From Callorhinchus milii (lineage: Eukaryota): a stretch of DNA of 64,000 bases. Position numbers and translations under genes: made by a program. Each line of letters begins with the position of its first letter. Position 1 is the stretch's first letter. The notes under the pieces were generated by a model. That model searched no databases, was not told the origin of the DNA, and worked only from the letters and a program-made list of their open reading frames with translations. Positions 11,811 to 23,597 of this stretch are shown here, piece by piece. The stretch lies in NCBI RefSeq assembly GCF_018977255.1, contig NW_024704743.1:98148001-98212000 (forward strand), in the 5' to 3' direction.

Positions 11811-12500
11811 GAGGATACTGCAACACATTAAGAATGACTATGATACAAGTGCAAGGAGTTTTTAGATTTTCAAGCATTTGCAAACAATATGTGATTGTTA
11901 AGTCTACCAAATGTGTAAAATGTTTGAATGTAATATATACAGTAATGCATATATGGAAGTAAGGAGTGAGAAGGTAAAGGATCTTTAATGGCTTCACTGC
12001 AAGAAGAAAAACTACAGGGTAAAAATTGTAGTGTTTCTAAATGCATTCTGCTTCTCAATTATCTCCTGCAACGTTTAAGGGAGCGGTGCATATAAAACAT
12101 GATCCTTGAACCTGTTTTTAACATGGAATCACGAAAATCTTTAATCAGTCCACCAGACCGTGCCCTGAAATTATTCTTCAAAGTAAAAATTTATAAGGCA
12201 GTTCTAGCAACTAGGAATAAAATAAAATGTGTTTGCAGTATTAAAAACAAAATGATGTGATTCAATTTTGAAAAAGTGTTCAGTCCCAACCTATGGTAGA
12301 GGGGATGAAGGATGATTTTGAGTGGGCAATAAATATTCACCATAGAAATTTACAGCAGAGAAGGTCATTCGGCCCACCGTGTCTGTCCTGATGCTGTAAT
12401 AAATACACTATTTCAGAAATCGAAACTGATAAATGATTTATGAAATGTCGCTAATTCCAGTAAAATATTTTCAAAATTCTTTCATCTTAAAGTGAGTCAA

Positions 12501-12864
12501 ATAATAATACTTGCATTTGATATAGCGCCTTGTCACATCTTCGAGACTTCTCAAAGCGCTTCACAGAATGTACAGTAAAGAGAATTGACTGTATATTTTA
12601 TGGGTGAAATGCAGCAGCCAATTGCGCACAGCAGTGTCCCACAAATAGTCATGGATTGAGTAACCAAATTATTATTTATCTATTTTTTTAAAGAGATTAT
12701 TAACCCCGGAAAAGCTATCTGCCAATCAACAAACAATCGGGTTCCTGCTTACTGCTTGGTGACCAGAAGCGTGTGGAGTGAGGAAACTTTGCCCTGTCCG
12801 GGAATTGAACCCAGATCCTCTCGCTTGCAAGGCGAGTGCTCTAACCACTAAGCTACAGGACTCC
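12501..12864 (-). mobile_element. Long-form tRNA-Ala-headed SINE
   Basis: Same head and tail as the short form plus an internal ~60-bp block (GCAGTAAGCAGGAACC..GATTGGCAGATAGCTTTTCCGGGG). Confidence 0.9.
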
Positions 12865-13187
12865 ACAAATTCCCTCAAGATATAAATGTGCACTTAATTA
12901 GCATCACTGGTAACAGATTCAATTCATAAGGTAACAATCAATAGAAATAAGTAGAGGTGTGAACATTCTGCGTTCTGCTTTGAAAGAACTGCAGCAAAAC
13001 TACTTTCCAGACTGAATTTAAAAACATTATAACAATTTTAAAGTTCAAGGCTGCGTGCTTAATGCTAAGAAGAGGAGATGCATTAGATCACAGATATTTT
13101 TCTGTTTCTTACTCCATTCGTGGGTATTCTTTTATTGTATAATAATAATAGGCCTTGCATTTGATTCATGTTTATAGTTTACCATTC

Positions 13188-13383
13188 TAATAATAATAAT
13201 AATAATCCTGCATTTGATATATCATGACGTCAAAAAGTCACAAAGTGCTTCACAGCACATGCTGTAAAATGATGCAAATGTGTGTATTTTGCGTGTGCAT
13301 GTAGCAGCCAATTTGTATGCAACAATGCCCTACAAACAGCCATGGCATGAATAACTAATTTTATTTGGGGGACTGTTGGCCAA
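13188..13383 (-). mobile_element. Deu-SINE 3' half
   Basis: (ATT)n tail and SacSINE1-like 3' body; head absent. Confidence 0.7.
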
Positions 13384-13384
13384 G

Positions 13385-13510
13385 CAATATGCAGTACCTT
13401 ACATTTAACTACATTAAAATCCATAAGCCACTCTTTACCTCATCTGCGTAATTGGTCCAGATCTTCCCGAATACTACCTTCCTAATAGTCATCTAACCAC
13501 ACAAACTTGG
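13385..13510 (-). mobile_element. CR1 RT fragment
   Basis: Minus frame encodes WLMDFNVVKCKVLHI, the CR1 WxMxFNxxKCKVxH motif. Confidence 0.75.
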
Positions 13511-14004
13511 TATCAGATTAGCAGATGTCAGGAGGAAGGCTCTCATCCAGAATAAATAGAGACTGCAGGACTAAGATCTGCCATCTATTTAAGCTCATTC
13601 TTAACGCTATCTTTCTGGTTTGGGAAATGTTATTTTTCCTATGTGATTTAATCAAGCATTTTAATACCAACTTGGCCCAGCCTCATCCTTTTGACATCAT
13701 AACTGCTTGTGTTATTATAATAGATGAAGCATGCCTTAGACCTCAATGGGATACTTTTTTCTCTCCATGCTGGCAAAAATAAAGTGAGTCATTACCGAAG
13801 TCCATGTGGCTTACCTTGCTTTGTTAAGGGGTTCATTTGTATAATTGCATTCAATCTGCTCTTGATTGATTTAACTTACTGGCAGCAGTAAACTAATTCT
13901 CAAAAATGTGATAAATCTTGTCCTAGTACTTGAGTAGTAAATAAAGATAATTACCTTCGATTTATTGCTCAAGTAGCCCAAATCTCACTCAGAGACAAAG
14001 GATG

Positions 14005-14280
14005 GCACATAGCGATGTCCCACAAAAAGTTCTGGAGTGATGAATTTGGCTAAGGGATTATTTCCCAAGATACAGGGAGAAATTCCGTACTCTTTTCAAA
14101 CAGTACTAGGGGATTTATGACATCCACCTGATCAGACCTTAGTTTAATGTCTCTTCTGAAGAACAAAACCTCTGACAGTGCAGTATTCCTCCAGCACGGC
14201 ATTGGTGTGCCAGCCTAGACTATGACCTCAGAGTCCCAAAGTGGTACTTGAACCCACAACCTTCTGACTTCAGGCGAGAG
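14005..14280 (-). mobile_element. Deu-domain SINE, partial
   Basis: CTTGAACCCACAACCTTCTGACT head and Deu core; abuts a plus-strand CR1 remnant at ~14281-14440. Confidence 0.75.
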
Positions 14281-14566
14281 AGGTTTAGGTTTCGAGTTGC
14301 AAAATGAACTTTAATATGGGAGGAAGTATTTCTTCACCCAGGGGATATTGATGACTGGAGCAGTTTATCAGGAAGTGCGGTTCAGGCTGGGATGATGGAT
14401 TAATTTTAAAAATTGCTCGGTTTTATGAGTGGAAGATGCGAGGGTGCATATTCTGGTGTCAGCCTGGCTTAGCTTGTAGCTCCTGATAGGTCTTTTACTA
14501 CTGACTCAGTGTTGTATGTAGCGAAATGCTTACCTTATAATCAACAACAGCCCCAATACTTGTGTT

Positions 14567-14958
14567 CAGCTTGGCTCAGCGGGTTGCATTCTCACCTCTG
14601 AGTCAGAAGGTGTGGGTTCAAGCCCACATCAGGTCTTAGAACTCATTTTTGTCTAAGTTGACACATCAATGCAGTGCTGGGCATGTTCTGCATTGTTGGA
14701 GGTGTCATTATTCAGATGAGACATTAAACTGAGACCCCCATCTGCCTATTCAGGTGGACGTTTAAAGATCCCACAGCACTATTTGAAATAGAAGGGTGTT
14801 TCTTTCAGGGGTTCCAGCCAACCTTCCCCCAGTTAAATTGATCACTCACTCCATGTTTGTGGGACTCTGCAGTCACCCAAGGTAGCAATATAACAAAGCC
14901 ATCACACACAGCAATATATTCACGCGATAAGATTCTATATCAAATCCAAGAATTATCA
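14567..14958 (+). mobile_element. Deu-domain SINE (SacSINE1-like)
   Basis: CAGCTTGGCTCAG..CTCTGAGTCAGAAGG..GGTTCAAGCCC head; CAGATGAGACATTAAAC..CAGGTGGACG..AAAGATCCCA core. Confidence 0.85.
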
Positions 14959-14964
14959 TGCTAT

Positions 14965-15328
14965 AAATAATAATAATCCTTGCATTTGATGTCGCGCTTT
15001 ATCATGTCTTCAATACATCTCAAAGCGCTTCACAGAATGTACTGTAAAGTGATTGACTATATTATGTGGGCGAAACATGGCAGCCAATTGCACACAGCAA
15101 TGTCCCATAAACAGTAGTGGATTGAAGTGACCAATTCATTATCATTTTTTTNGAAGAAATGATTACCCCCAGAAAAGTGATCTGACAATCAACTGACAAC
15201 TGAGTTCCTACATACTACTACAGAGGCATGTGAAGTAAGGAAATTGCCCAACATTTTGCCCTGCCGGGAATCAAACCCAGATCTCTTGCTTGTGAGGCAA
15301 GTCCACTAACCACTGAGCTACAGGACTA
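14965..15328 (-). mobile_element. Long-form tRNA-Ala-headed SINE
   Basis: As 12501-12864; lies tail-to-tail with the preceding SINE. Confidence 0.85.
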
Positions 15329-16259
15329 CCATAGTTACATTATTGGCCAGTTGGTACAGTTATTGGACTTGAATGGCTTGAATTTGTTATTCATTTTTAA
15401 TTTTACTAAGGTTATTTCATGGTTGGCTGCACCAAATACATTACACACACATAGCACAACTGTCCTCCCATTGATCCTCACTAAAATTACTTCAGGTACT
15501 CACCGAAATCATTGGAAAAATTCCCTAGAGATTTTATAAATCTTGAATTTTTTTATCAAAGTGCCACTATAGTCTGCAAGATCTCCCATCCCATTGAAGA
15601 TAATGGTCATTTTCTTCAGTTTTTGAAAATGAAACAAAATTCAGGGGTGTGGCATCATAGTTCTACAGCCAAAACCATGGTATTAGATGCACGATTAGGT
15701 TCAAATCCCAGCTTTAGGCCAATGCAGCTTTTCTTCTCTCAACTTTCCCTGGAGTTTCTCTCTTTGTTGCAATCTTTTGAATCAGAATATATTCCTCTCA
15801 GTGACCGAGCGCAAACAATAGAGTTGCCTCATGCATGGTTTGTAAAAGTGCTGACAATTTAACACACAACAACAATTCAGCACATCTCAAAGTAAAAGGT
15901 AACTCAGAGAATGGCAAATATATAGATTTTTGAGATACGTGACTCAAATCATGAGGAACCTAATGTAATTCATTAGCCTACATACGCACAATCACTACAC
16001 TTGACAGAAAACTCTGAAATGCCTCAAGATATTTCCAGCAATAAAGCGCTAGATTAAATGCAAGGATTATTATTAATATTTCCCCTCTTCAAATGTCTAT
16101 CTAATTCTTTTGGTAAATAATTGATAGAATCTCCTTCAACAATAATTGGTGGCAAAAGATATAATATTCCAACAAATCGTTTATAATTGCCAGGACGGTT
16201 GGACCTGCAGATACACCTGCAGGTGCCTACCTTTTAAAATATTTTGGGTTAAAAGCATA

Positions 16260-16565
16260 GGTGTCCTCTCCCGTGTCCACAAGCCCATCACTCAACTCCA
16301 CTGGCTCTCCTTCCTCCAGTCAGCAAACACCAGCCTTCTTCATGTCCCCGTCTAATCTGCTGCACTATCATTGAGCAAGCTTTCAGCCATTCTGCCCCAC
16401 TCTCTGGAATTCTGCCCCCTTCCTCCCGATATTAAAAGCCCACCTTAAGATCTATGTTTTTGACCACCTTTTCCACCCCATTCCCCCCCACCACCCACCA
16501 ACTCAGGCTTTCAGTCAACTGTGTGAAGCGCTTCGAGACATGAGACCTCCCAAAGTTGTTGTTGT
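16260..16565 (+). mobile_element. Old L2 3' fragment
   Basis: PITQLHWL coding remnant and (TTG)n-type end. Confidence 0.6.
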
Positions 16566-16737
16566 GGGCATCCTTAAAATTATTCTGAATGACAACCTTT
16601 TGCTTGACTAAAATGCCACTATTCTGCTGAAACGGGTCCAGCAATCCTGAGTAATACAATGGTGGTTTCCCTGCACATCAGCAGAATGTTAGTAAAGGAG
16701 TTCAAACTTCAATAAAGATGCTTTAAGAACTACTTTA

Positions 16738-17476
16738 CAACAACAACAACAAAATTACATTTATAGAGCACCTTTCATGTCAGGAGGATGTCCCAAGGTG
16801 CTGGACAGTCAGGGGTCGGGACCCGAGCATGAAGGGAGGATGGTATAGGGTGAGGGAAGGCAGACAGGTGGGAGGGCGACTGAAGGCACGATCGAAGAGA
16901 CTGGTCTTGAAGGAGGCAAGGGAGGAAGCAAGGTGAAGGGGTGGAGTTCCAGAGTGTGGGGGCAGAGAGGCTGAAAGCTCGGCAGTCGATGGTAGGGTGG
17001 GTCGGGTGGGAGACATGGAGCAAACTGGAGCCCGCTGAACAGAGGGAGCAGGAAGGTTGGTAGGGAGTCAGCAGGTCAGAGAGGTAGGAGGGGGCAAGGC
17101 CATGGATGGCCTTGAAAGTGAGGACGAGGATCTTGAATTCGATCCTTGAGGGATGGGGAGCCAGTGAAGTTGGGCGAGAGTGGGAGTGATGGGGTCACGG
17201 AGCTTGGTGCGTGAGAGTACATGAGCTGCAGAGTTTTGGATGATCTGCAGCTTGCGAAGGGAAGAGTTGGGAAGGCCGATGAGGAGGGAGTTTCCATAAT
17301 CGAGTCTTGATGAGACGAATGTGTGGGTGAGGCTTTCGGCAGCCTGAGAGGTGAGGCAGTAGTGGAGTATGGCAATGTTGCAGAGGTGGTGGTAGGCAGT
17401 GCTGGTCATGGCGTGGATGTGGGGGAGAAAGGACACTTCAGGGTCAAACAAGACACCCAAGTTCCTGACCCTCCCC
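16738..17476 (-). mobile_element. L2 LINE 3' part (A-like)
   Basis: Minus frame [26 protein letters not shown]; 3' tail with (TTG)n. Confidence 0.92.
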
Positions 17477-17782
17477 AATGAGTTTGTGCTAATATGGTTC
17501 AAATGTATGTAAAATGATTTACAGTTGACATCAATAAAACTAGGAAATGCCTTCTCTAGGATACTTTGAAATGCATAAATCTCAAGTCAGCACAGCAGGC
17601 TTCTCCTTCACTTGAACCATCTATTGAAGTATTACCAGAGTATGCCAAAACATTGTCAAAGATTATACAACGTATTAGTGAATTAACCAACCCTGCCCTA
17701 GAATGACCATAAATCAATCCTTCTTTTGCAAACAATACTGATTCTGTGAATTGCATTACATGTGTAAGTATCAGATAGTCCT

Positions 17783-18426
17783 GGAGTCCTGTAGCTTAGT
17801 GGTTAGAGCACTCGCCTCATAAACGAGAGGACCTAGGTTCGACTCCTGGGCGTGGCGACATGTTGGGTAAGTTTCCTTACTCCACACATGTCTGTTTACC
17901 TAGCAGTAAGTAGGAACCCGGCTTTTAGTCAATTGGAGGATCGCTTTTCCAGGGGTAATAATCCGTTAAAGAAAAAGATTTAAAAAAATAATCATGATTT
18001 GATCACTCAATCCATATCTGTTTGTGGGACAGTCTGCAATTGCCTGCCATGTTTCACCCACAACATATACAGTCAATACACCTTACAATATATTCTGTGA
18101 ATAGCTTTGAGACATCTCAAAGATGTGATAACAACAATAACAAGATTACATTTGTATAGCGCCTTTCACGTCGGGAGGACGCCCCAAGGCGCTGGACAGT
18201 GTACAGCATTTCAGACCCGAGCTGGGATCAGCGGAGGAGAAGGGAGGGGAGGGGAAGGGAGGTGACCGATGGCATGGTCGAAGAGGAGAGTTTTGAGGCA
18301 GGACTTGAAGGAGGCTGAGGAGAGGGCGAGGCGGAGTGATTGGGGGATGGAATTCCAGAGTTAGAATTAATTATAATATAATTATAGCAGAATTAAGACA
18401 TGTGTAAATGTAAGGATTATTATTAT
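17783..18426 (+). mobile_element. Long-form tRNA-Ala SINE, tail split by an L2
   Basis: Full head and body to 18130; tail resumes at ~18395 (..GTAAATGTAAGGATTATTATT). Confidence 0.85.
18131..18362 (-). mobile_element. L2 subfamily B 3' end
   Basis: CCCAGCTCGGGTCTGAAATGCTGTACACTGTCCAGCGCC..TACAAATGTAATC(TTG)n on the minus strand; same type as 36301-36610. Confidence 0.9.
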
Positions 18427-18564
18427 CATCCCAAGAAATATATTCTCTATTGCTTTGAGATGGTATCAGAGTGAGAACTGATGGCACTGAGAGAGACAAA
18501 ACGATCCACAGTCACCGGGTGTGAGGCAACTCTACTATTGTGGATCAATCTAGAGTTCCCATTC

Positions 18565-18748
18565 CCATTCTTTGAAGGTCCATCTCAAAATGTACCTCTT
18601 TGCCCGGGCTTTTGGTCATCTTTCCCCTCGTCCCCAACCCCCTCAGCTTCCACCCCCAGCTCAGGTGCCCAATCAACACTGTGAATGGTCTTTGGGAGGC
18701 CTTCGAACGTGAAAGGCATTACATAAATGTAAATTGTTTTGTGTTGTA
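18565..18748 (+). mobile_element. Old L2 3' end
   Basis: CGTGAAAGGCATTACATAAATGTAAATTG tail with upstream L2 3' UTR. Confidence 0.6.
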
Positions 18749-21700
18749 TTTAAAATAATAAGTTAAATCAGAAACAAAGAAAGAGCAGAGAATGGGATTA
18801 AAGGATACAGCTTCAGTGGAGGAGTGAGCTCCAAAACAGGCCTATGGGCCAAATAGCCTCCTTCTGTAGTTTAGTCTCTAAGATTGTACACTGTACTTTG
18901 ATCATTTTAATTTTATGTATCAATTGGTGTAAAAGAATACATGAGAAAGAATCATAGGACGTAATCCATATCCCACCAGTAGCACTAATGACAATACATA
19001 AGTAGTCCTTCTTGTGAGCTCCCAAATCGCACCTTTCATCTCCCACAGATCATCACATATGTCCACAATATAAACTTTGGCATTGAAAATGTAATATAGA
19101 GTGGTGACTCTTGCTTGCTTAACCCTCAGCAAGTGGGTTTACCACAAATTTGGAACGAGAAGCGTGGGTCTGAATTTTCAGTGATTGATGTGAATTTTCT
19201 TTGAGCCTAAGGAGGCAATGAATCCCTGAGCATGAGCTTGTGGATGGATCATTAAACTGACTGCATCACCAGATCAGTAAAACCGGACTACCCCACTTCA
19301 GGAATCATAACACGACTGTTAATGAGGATCAAAAGACTATTAATGAAGTATTAAATGTTCTCATTAACAAATGGACATGTTAGAGTTTAGCCCTTCACAA
19401 CAGGGTTTTGTTTGAAGTAATTTCATTACCTACGTGATCTGTTAAGGAACAAGGGATTTTAGAGCGTAGAATTGTTCAATCCAAGTTGCACAGGTCCACC
19501 CAGGAATAGTCCTACTTAAAACTGATGGATTTTTAATGACTTGTATAAAAAGCTCATTTCAGCTCTCTTTACTTCAATGTGTTTATGTTGTGGCTTTTCA
19601 AAAGAACAACTGGACTGATACTGTTTATTTCATTGAACTCATCCCAGGAATGTTAGAAGTATACATCCACAGAATGTATGAGTTGTGCAACCCATTAAAA
19701 TAACAGTCAAATTGGCCAAAGAGCCTTCTCCATCAGTTTTATTGTGCTATTTTGCTTTATATTACTGATCCCGTTGAATTGACTAGAAACATGTTGTTTC
19801 CAGTGGATCATGCCTTCCTGATCCATTTCTGACCTGCCTCAAATAATCACATTAGCATATTTCTGTTTCCTTGGATAGTATCACACTGTCATATTAAAGA
19901 GCATGCAAGCTCTGTCTACCCATTCTGGTTGTTAAGAACATTGTTGGGAACATCGGAAAACAGGAACAGGAAGAGGCCATTCAGACCACTAAATCTGTTC
20001 CACCAGCTTATGAGATCTTGTCAATTCTTTTAATCCCAGTGCCAATTTTTTAAATCCCAATTGTTGAACTAAATATATTTGTACTAGCTCTTGTGTGCTT
20101 GATAACTCTGTGCAATGCATAGTGCAGTGTTGCACCAAGAATAATCTTCTAAGGAATTCACAGTCACTTCAATATTGCAGGGGAAAAACTAGTGCACGCT
20201 TAACACATCGATTGGTCTGCATGGCTTCGGAATGTGATACAGCCATGAGAAAGAAAATGGGCATGATTCACTGTTATAATAGTACTATAATAGTAATGTT
20301 ACCAATACCTCAATGCCAAAAAAACATTTTGTGACGTAAACTGCATTTTCTGCAGGGCAACTGTAAGCTAACTCATGAGACCTCATCTCCAAAGCCATAG
20401 CCAGATGTGAATTTAGTACACAGAGATAGGCAAACTGACGCAAATGAAAAGCTTTACCAATAGCATTGAGTAAGTGTAAGGCACTAAGTGCCTCACTTAA
20501 GTTCCCAAATAAGTAAAAAATGCCCTGAATTTATATGTCAATTCATTTGAATTGTAACAATGATTCTGCTACACGTAACCAGCAGCAAAAGTGAATAATC
20601 CTGAAATACTGAATTATCAAATGAATTGACATATACACTGACATCTAGTAACATCTTGTAAATAGGCTGAATGTGGGATCACATATTGCACATCACTGAT
20701 TTGCATGAGGTACATCTGCTTCCTCCTGTTTAATTGTCCTAATTACACCAATATATATTTCTGTGTTAGCATGATGTGACTATTCTTTGTAACCCTGGTA
20801 ACCACTGGACCTGAGAAGAAAATAAAATTAAGTCAAACAAGTCATGAATGGAGAGTGGCTGACAAGATAAATAGGAAGCCAACTTGGTGTGAAATAGAAG
20901 AAAATCTCTTGGCTGAAAAGGAGCCTTCAACTGTGGCAGGCTTACTGAACGGCTGATGCTGAAAGAAGGAAAACAACGACACACAGAACAAGAAAGGAAA
21001 ACAACAAAGCAGAACCACCAGATGAATTGATCAAGCTTTGCACCTTGGTTTGCAAATGCACTGGTTAAACTGGATTGATGAGTGGATGGGTGGGTGAGTG
21101 GTTGACTGCCACAGGAAAAAGAAAAGGCGGGATTTAAAAGGAAAGGAAATATAAAATGAATAGTTTGTTGGAGCAGGGACACAAACTGGAAGGTTAGGGA
21201 CCATGGACAGAGAATGAAGAGAAGGCACAAGGCAACCATCAATAACCAAGTTAATTGGGTGTCTTGAAGATACCTTTGTCACCTTTGACAGGATAGCTAG
21301 GATTTGCCAGTGATCAATAGGACTGCAGACAATTAACCTCGGCACGTTACGGGCAGCAAGAGCTTAAGCTTCATATACCACAATACCTTTAAACAAAGTC
21401 ACAAATTCTGACAAAGTTATAGGTGCCACCTGTAAATAATATGACAATAGCAAGGAGACATGCACAGAACATATTCGAGCAACAGAGAAGGAAACCAATA
21501 ACCGAAATGATGATGAAACAACAAACAGTACAAAGAAAATAATAGCTTCACAGAGGAAGAATGATTTTGAGGATCTTGGCAGTTCTTTGAAATCTGAGTT
21601 ACAGATTAGATTTATGGAAGATACTGCAGGTCTGTTGCTGTCTATTTTTCTTTGTAACCTGCTTTGTAGTGCTTCAAAACACTTCCAGTGCTGCACCAAT

Positions 21701-22472
21701 TTCCATGTGTTTGCAAACTATCTCCCACTTGTACTGAAGAAGCCTGACTCCTGATCACACAATAAGATTGGTTAAATAACCCAGAAGTTAACCCGAATCA
21801 GACACTAAAGCAAAGATAAACTGCATTCCGTTGCTCTATTGGTTTGTTTATTTTATTAATATAGTGACTGTGTAATTCACGACTGTGACAAAATAGTTGA
21901 GTAAGACTCCACCACAAGAATATAAAGCACACTATATATTCTGCTTACTGAAGTGCTTTATGATGTTTGTTTTTCAAACGATTTTCGAATATCTGTTAGA
22001 ATTGTCAGTATCCAGGATAAAAATCAAACAAAGGAACAAAAGTACTGTATCTTTCGATAGTACATTTACAGTATACTATAAAAAGATTCCTGGATAAAAG
22101 TGAGAAATAGTAAGGAATAAACTGTTCGAGGCAGAGCTGCAACAATAAAAGGACTTGTCTCTGGAGCTATCATTTCTCATTGAACATACTGTACAAAGAG
22201 AAGGAACTCGGCTTTTAACAGCATAGACTAAGAAATATTAGATCTTATTTCCACTCTTAACCCTTGATTTGCAGGATTGTAAGACTGCAAGCCATATGCA
22301 AAGGAATTTTCTTGCTGCCACTGGAAAGAGTATGTTACTTTCCAATGCTGGTCATCTTCCAGTGCATTCAAATCTAGACAATGTGAGAAAGCAGTTCCAT
22401 CTGAAGCCACTGTAGGAAGGCATATGGTACAAAGGAGGAGATCCAAGAGTCTGCCCATCAATGGGTTGTTAG

Positions 22473-22638
22473 TAATAATAATAATAATAATCCTTGCATT
22501 TGATATAGCACTTTTCACATCGGGAGGACGTCCCAAAGCGCTTCACAGAACCACTGTAAAGTGAATTGACTGTATATTTTTGTGGGCGAACGCAGCAGCC
22601 AATTGCGCACAGCAATGTCCCACAAACAGTTGTAGATT
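22473..22638 (-). mobile_element. 5'-truncated young SINE (second tail at ~22800-22900)
   Basis: Near-identical to the 3' half of 63374-63698. Confidence 0.88.
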
Positions 22639-23225
22639 GGAGAAACTCAATCAATAATCATTGGCCTGTTTTAGTGTAAACACTCCCTTCCCCTCCCCCA
22701 CTCCTGACTTTGCCATAATGGTTGGACTTGAAGATTTCAGCACTCTCATTGCTGATTTTAATTACATAGAAAGGCATTTCAGTGCCACTTAATAAGAAGA
22801 ATAATCCTTGCATTTGATATAGCGCTTTTCACGTCTTCTAGACGTCTCAAGGCGCTTCACAGAATAAACTGTAAAGTGAATTGATTACATTTGTGGGCGA
22901 ATTATAAAGAACTAGTATCCTGTGAAACAGCAGTTAAACACTGGCTCCAAGAATTATTTTCAGCAGGAAAGCAAGGTGATGGAAGAACATTTTGAAAAAT
23001 GATTTTGGATTCAACCATTGTGTTTTAGTCAAGTGTTGTTTACACAAATCCAACAACAAAATTATATTTGTATAGCGTCTTTCACTTCAGGAGGATGTCC
23101 CAAGGTGCTGATTAAAAATTTAAAATGATCCCATGGAATCAGTTGCAAAACTTTGTATTTTTCACCCACTCTTAGTTTTTTTACAGCGACTATTTAACCA
23201 TGCACACTCTTATTACTTTTTACAT

Positions 23226-23597
23226 GGAGTTCTGGAGCTTAGTGGTTGGAGTACTCACCTCGCAAGTGAGAGGACCTGGGTTTGATTCTGGGCAGGGCTA
23301 AACACTGGGCAAGTTTCCTTATTCCACACTCCTCTGTTTACCTAGCAGTAATTAGGAATCCGTTTGTTAGTTGATTGGCAGATCGCTTTTCCAGGGGTAA
23401 TAATCCCTTCAATAAATAAATAATAACAAAATAATTTGGTCACTCAATCCACGACTGTTTGTAGGACAATGCTGTGTGCAATTGGCTGCCCTGTTTCGCC
23501 CACAAAATATACAATCAGTTCCCTTTACAGTATATTCTGTGATGCGCTTTGAGACGTCTCAAAGAAATGATAGGCACTATATCAAACGCAAGGATTA
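23226..23597 (+). mobile_element. Long-form tRNA-Ala-headed SINE
   Basis: Head, CTCTGTTTACCTAGCAGTAATTAGGAATCC block, L2-type tail. Confidence 0.9.

Noticed and set aside
17560..17763. Plus-strand exon between CTTCTCTAG and GTAAGT
   Set aside because: In-frame stop in the best frame, weak pyrimidine tract and unrecognisable peptide.
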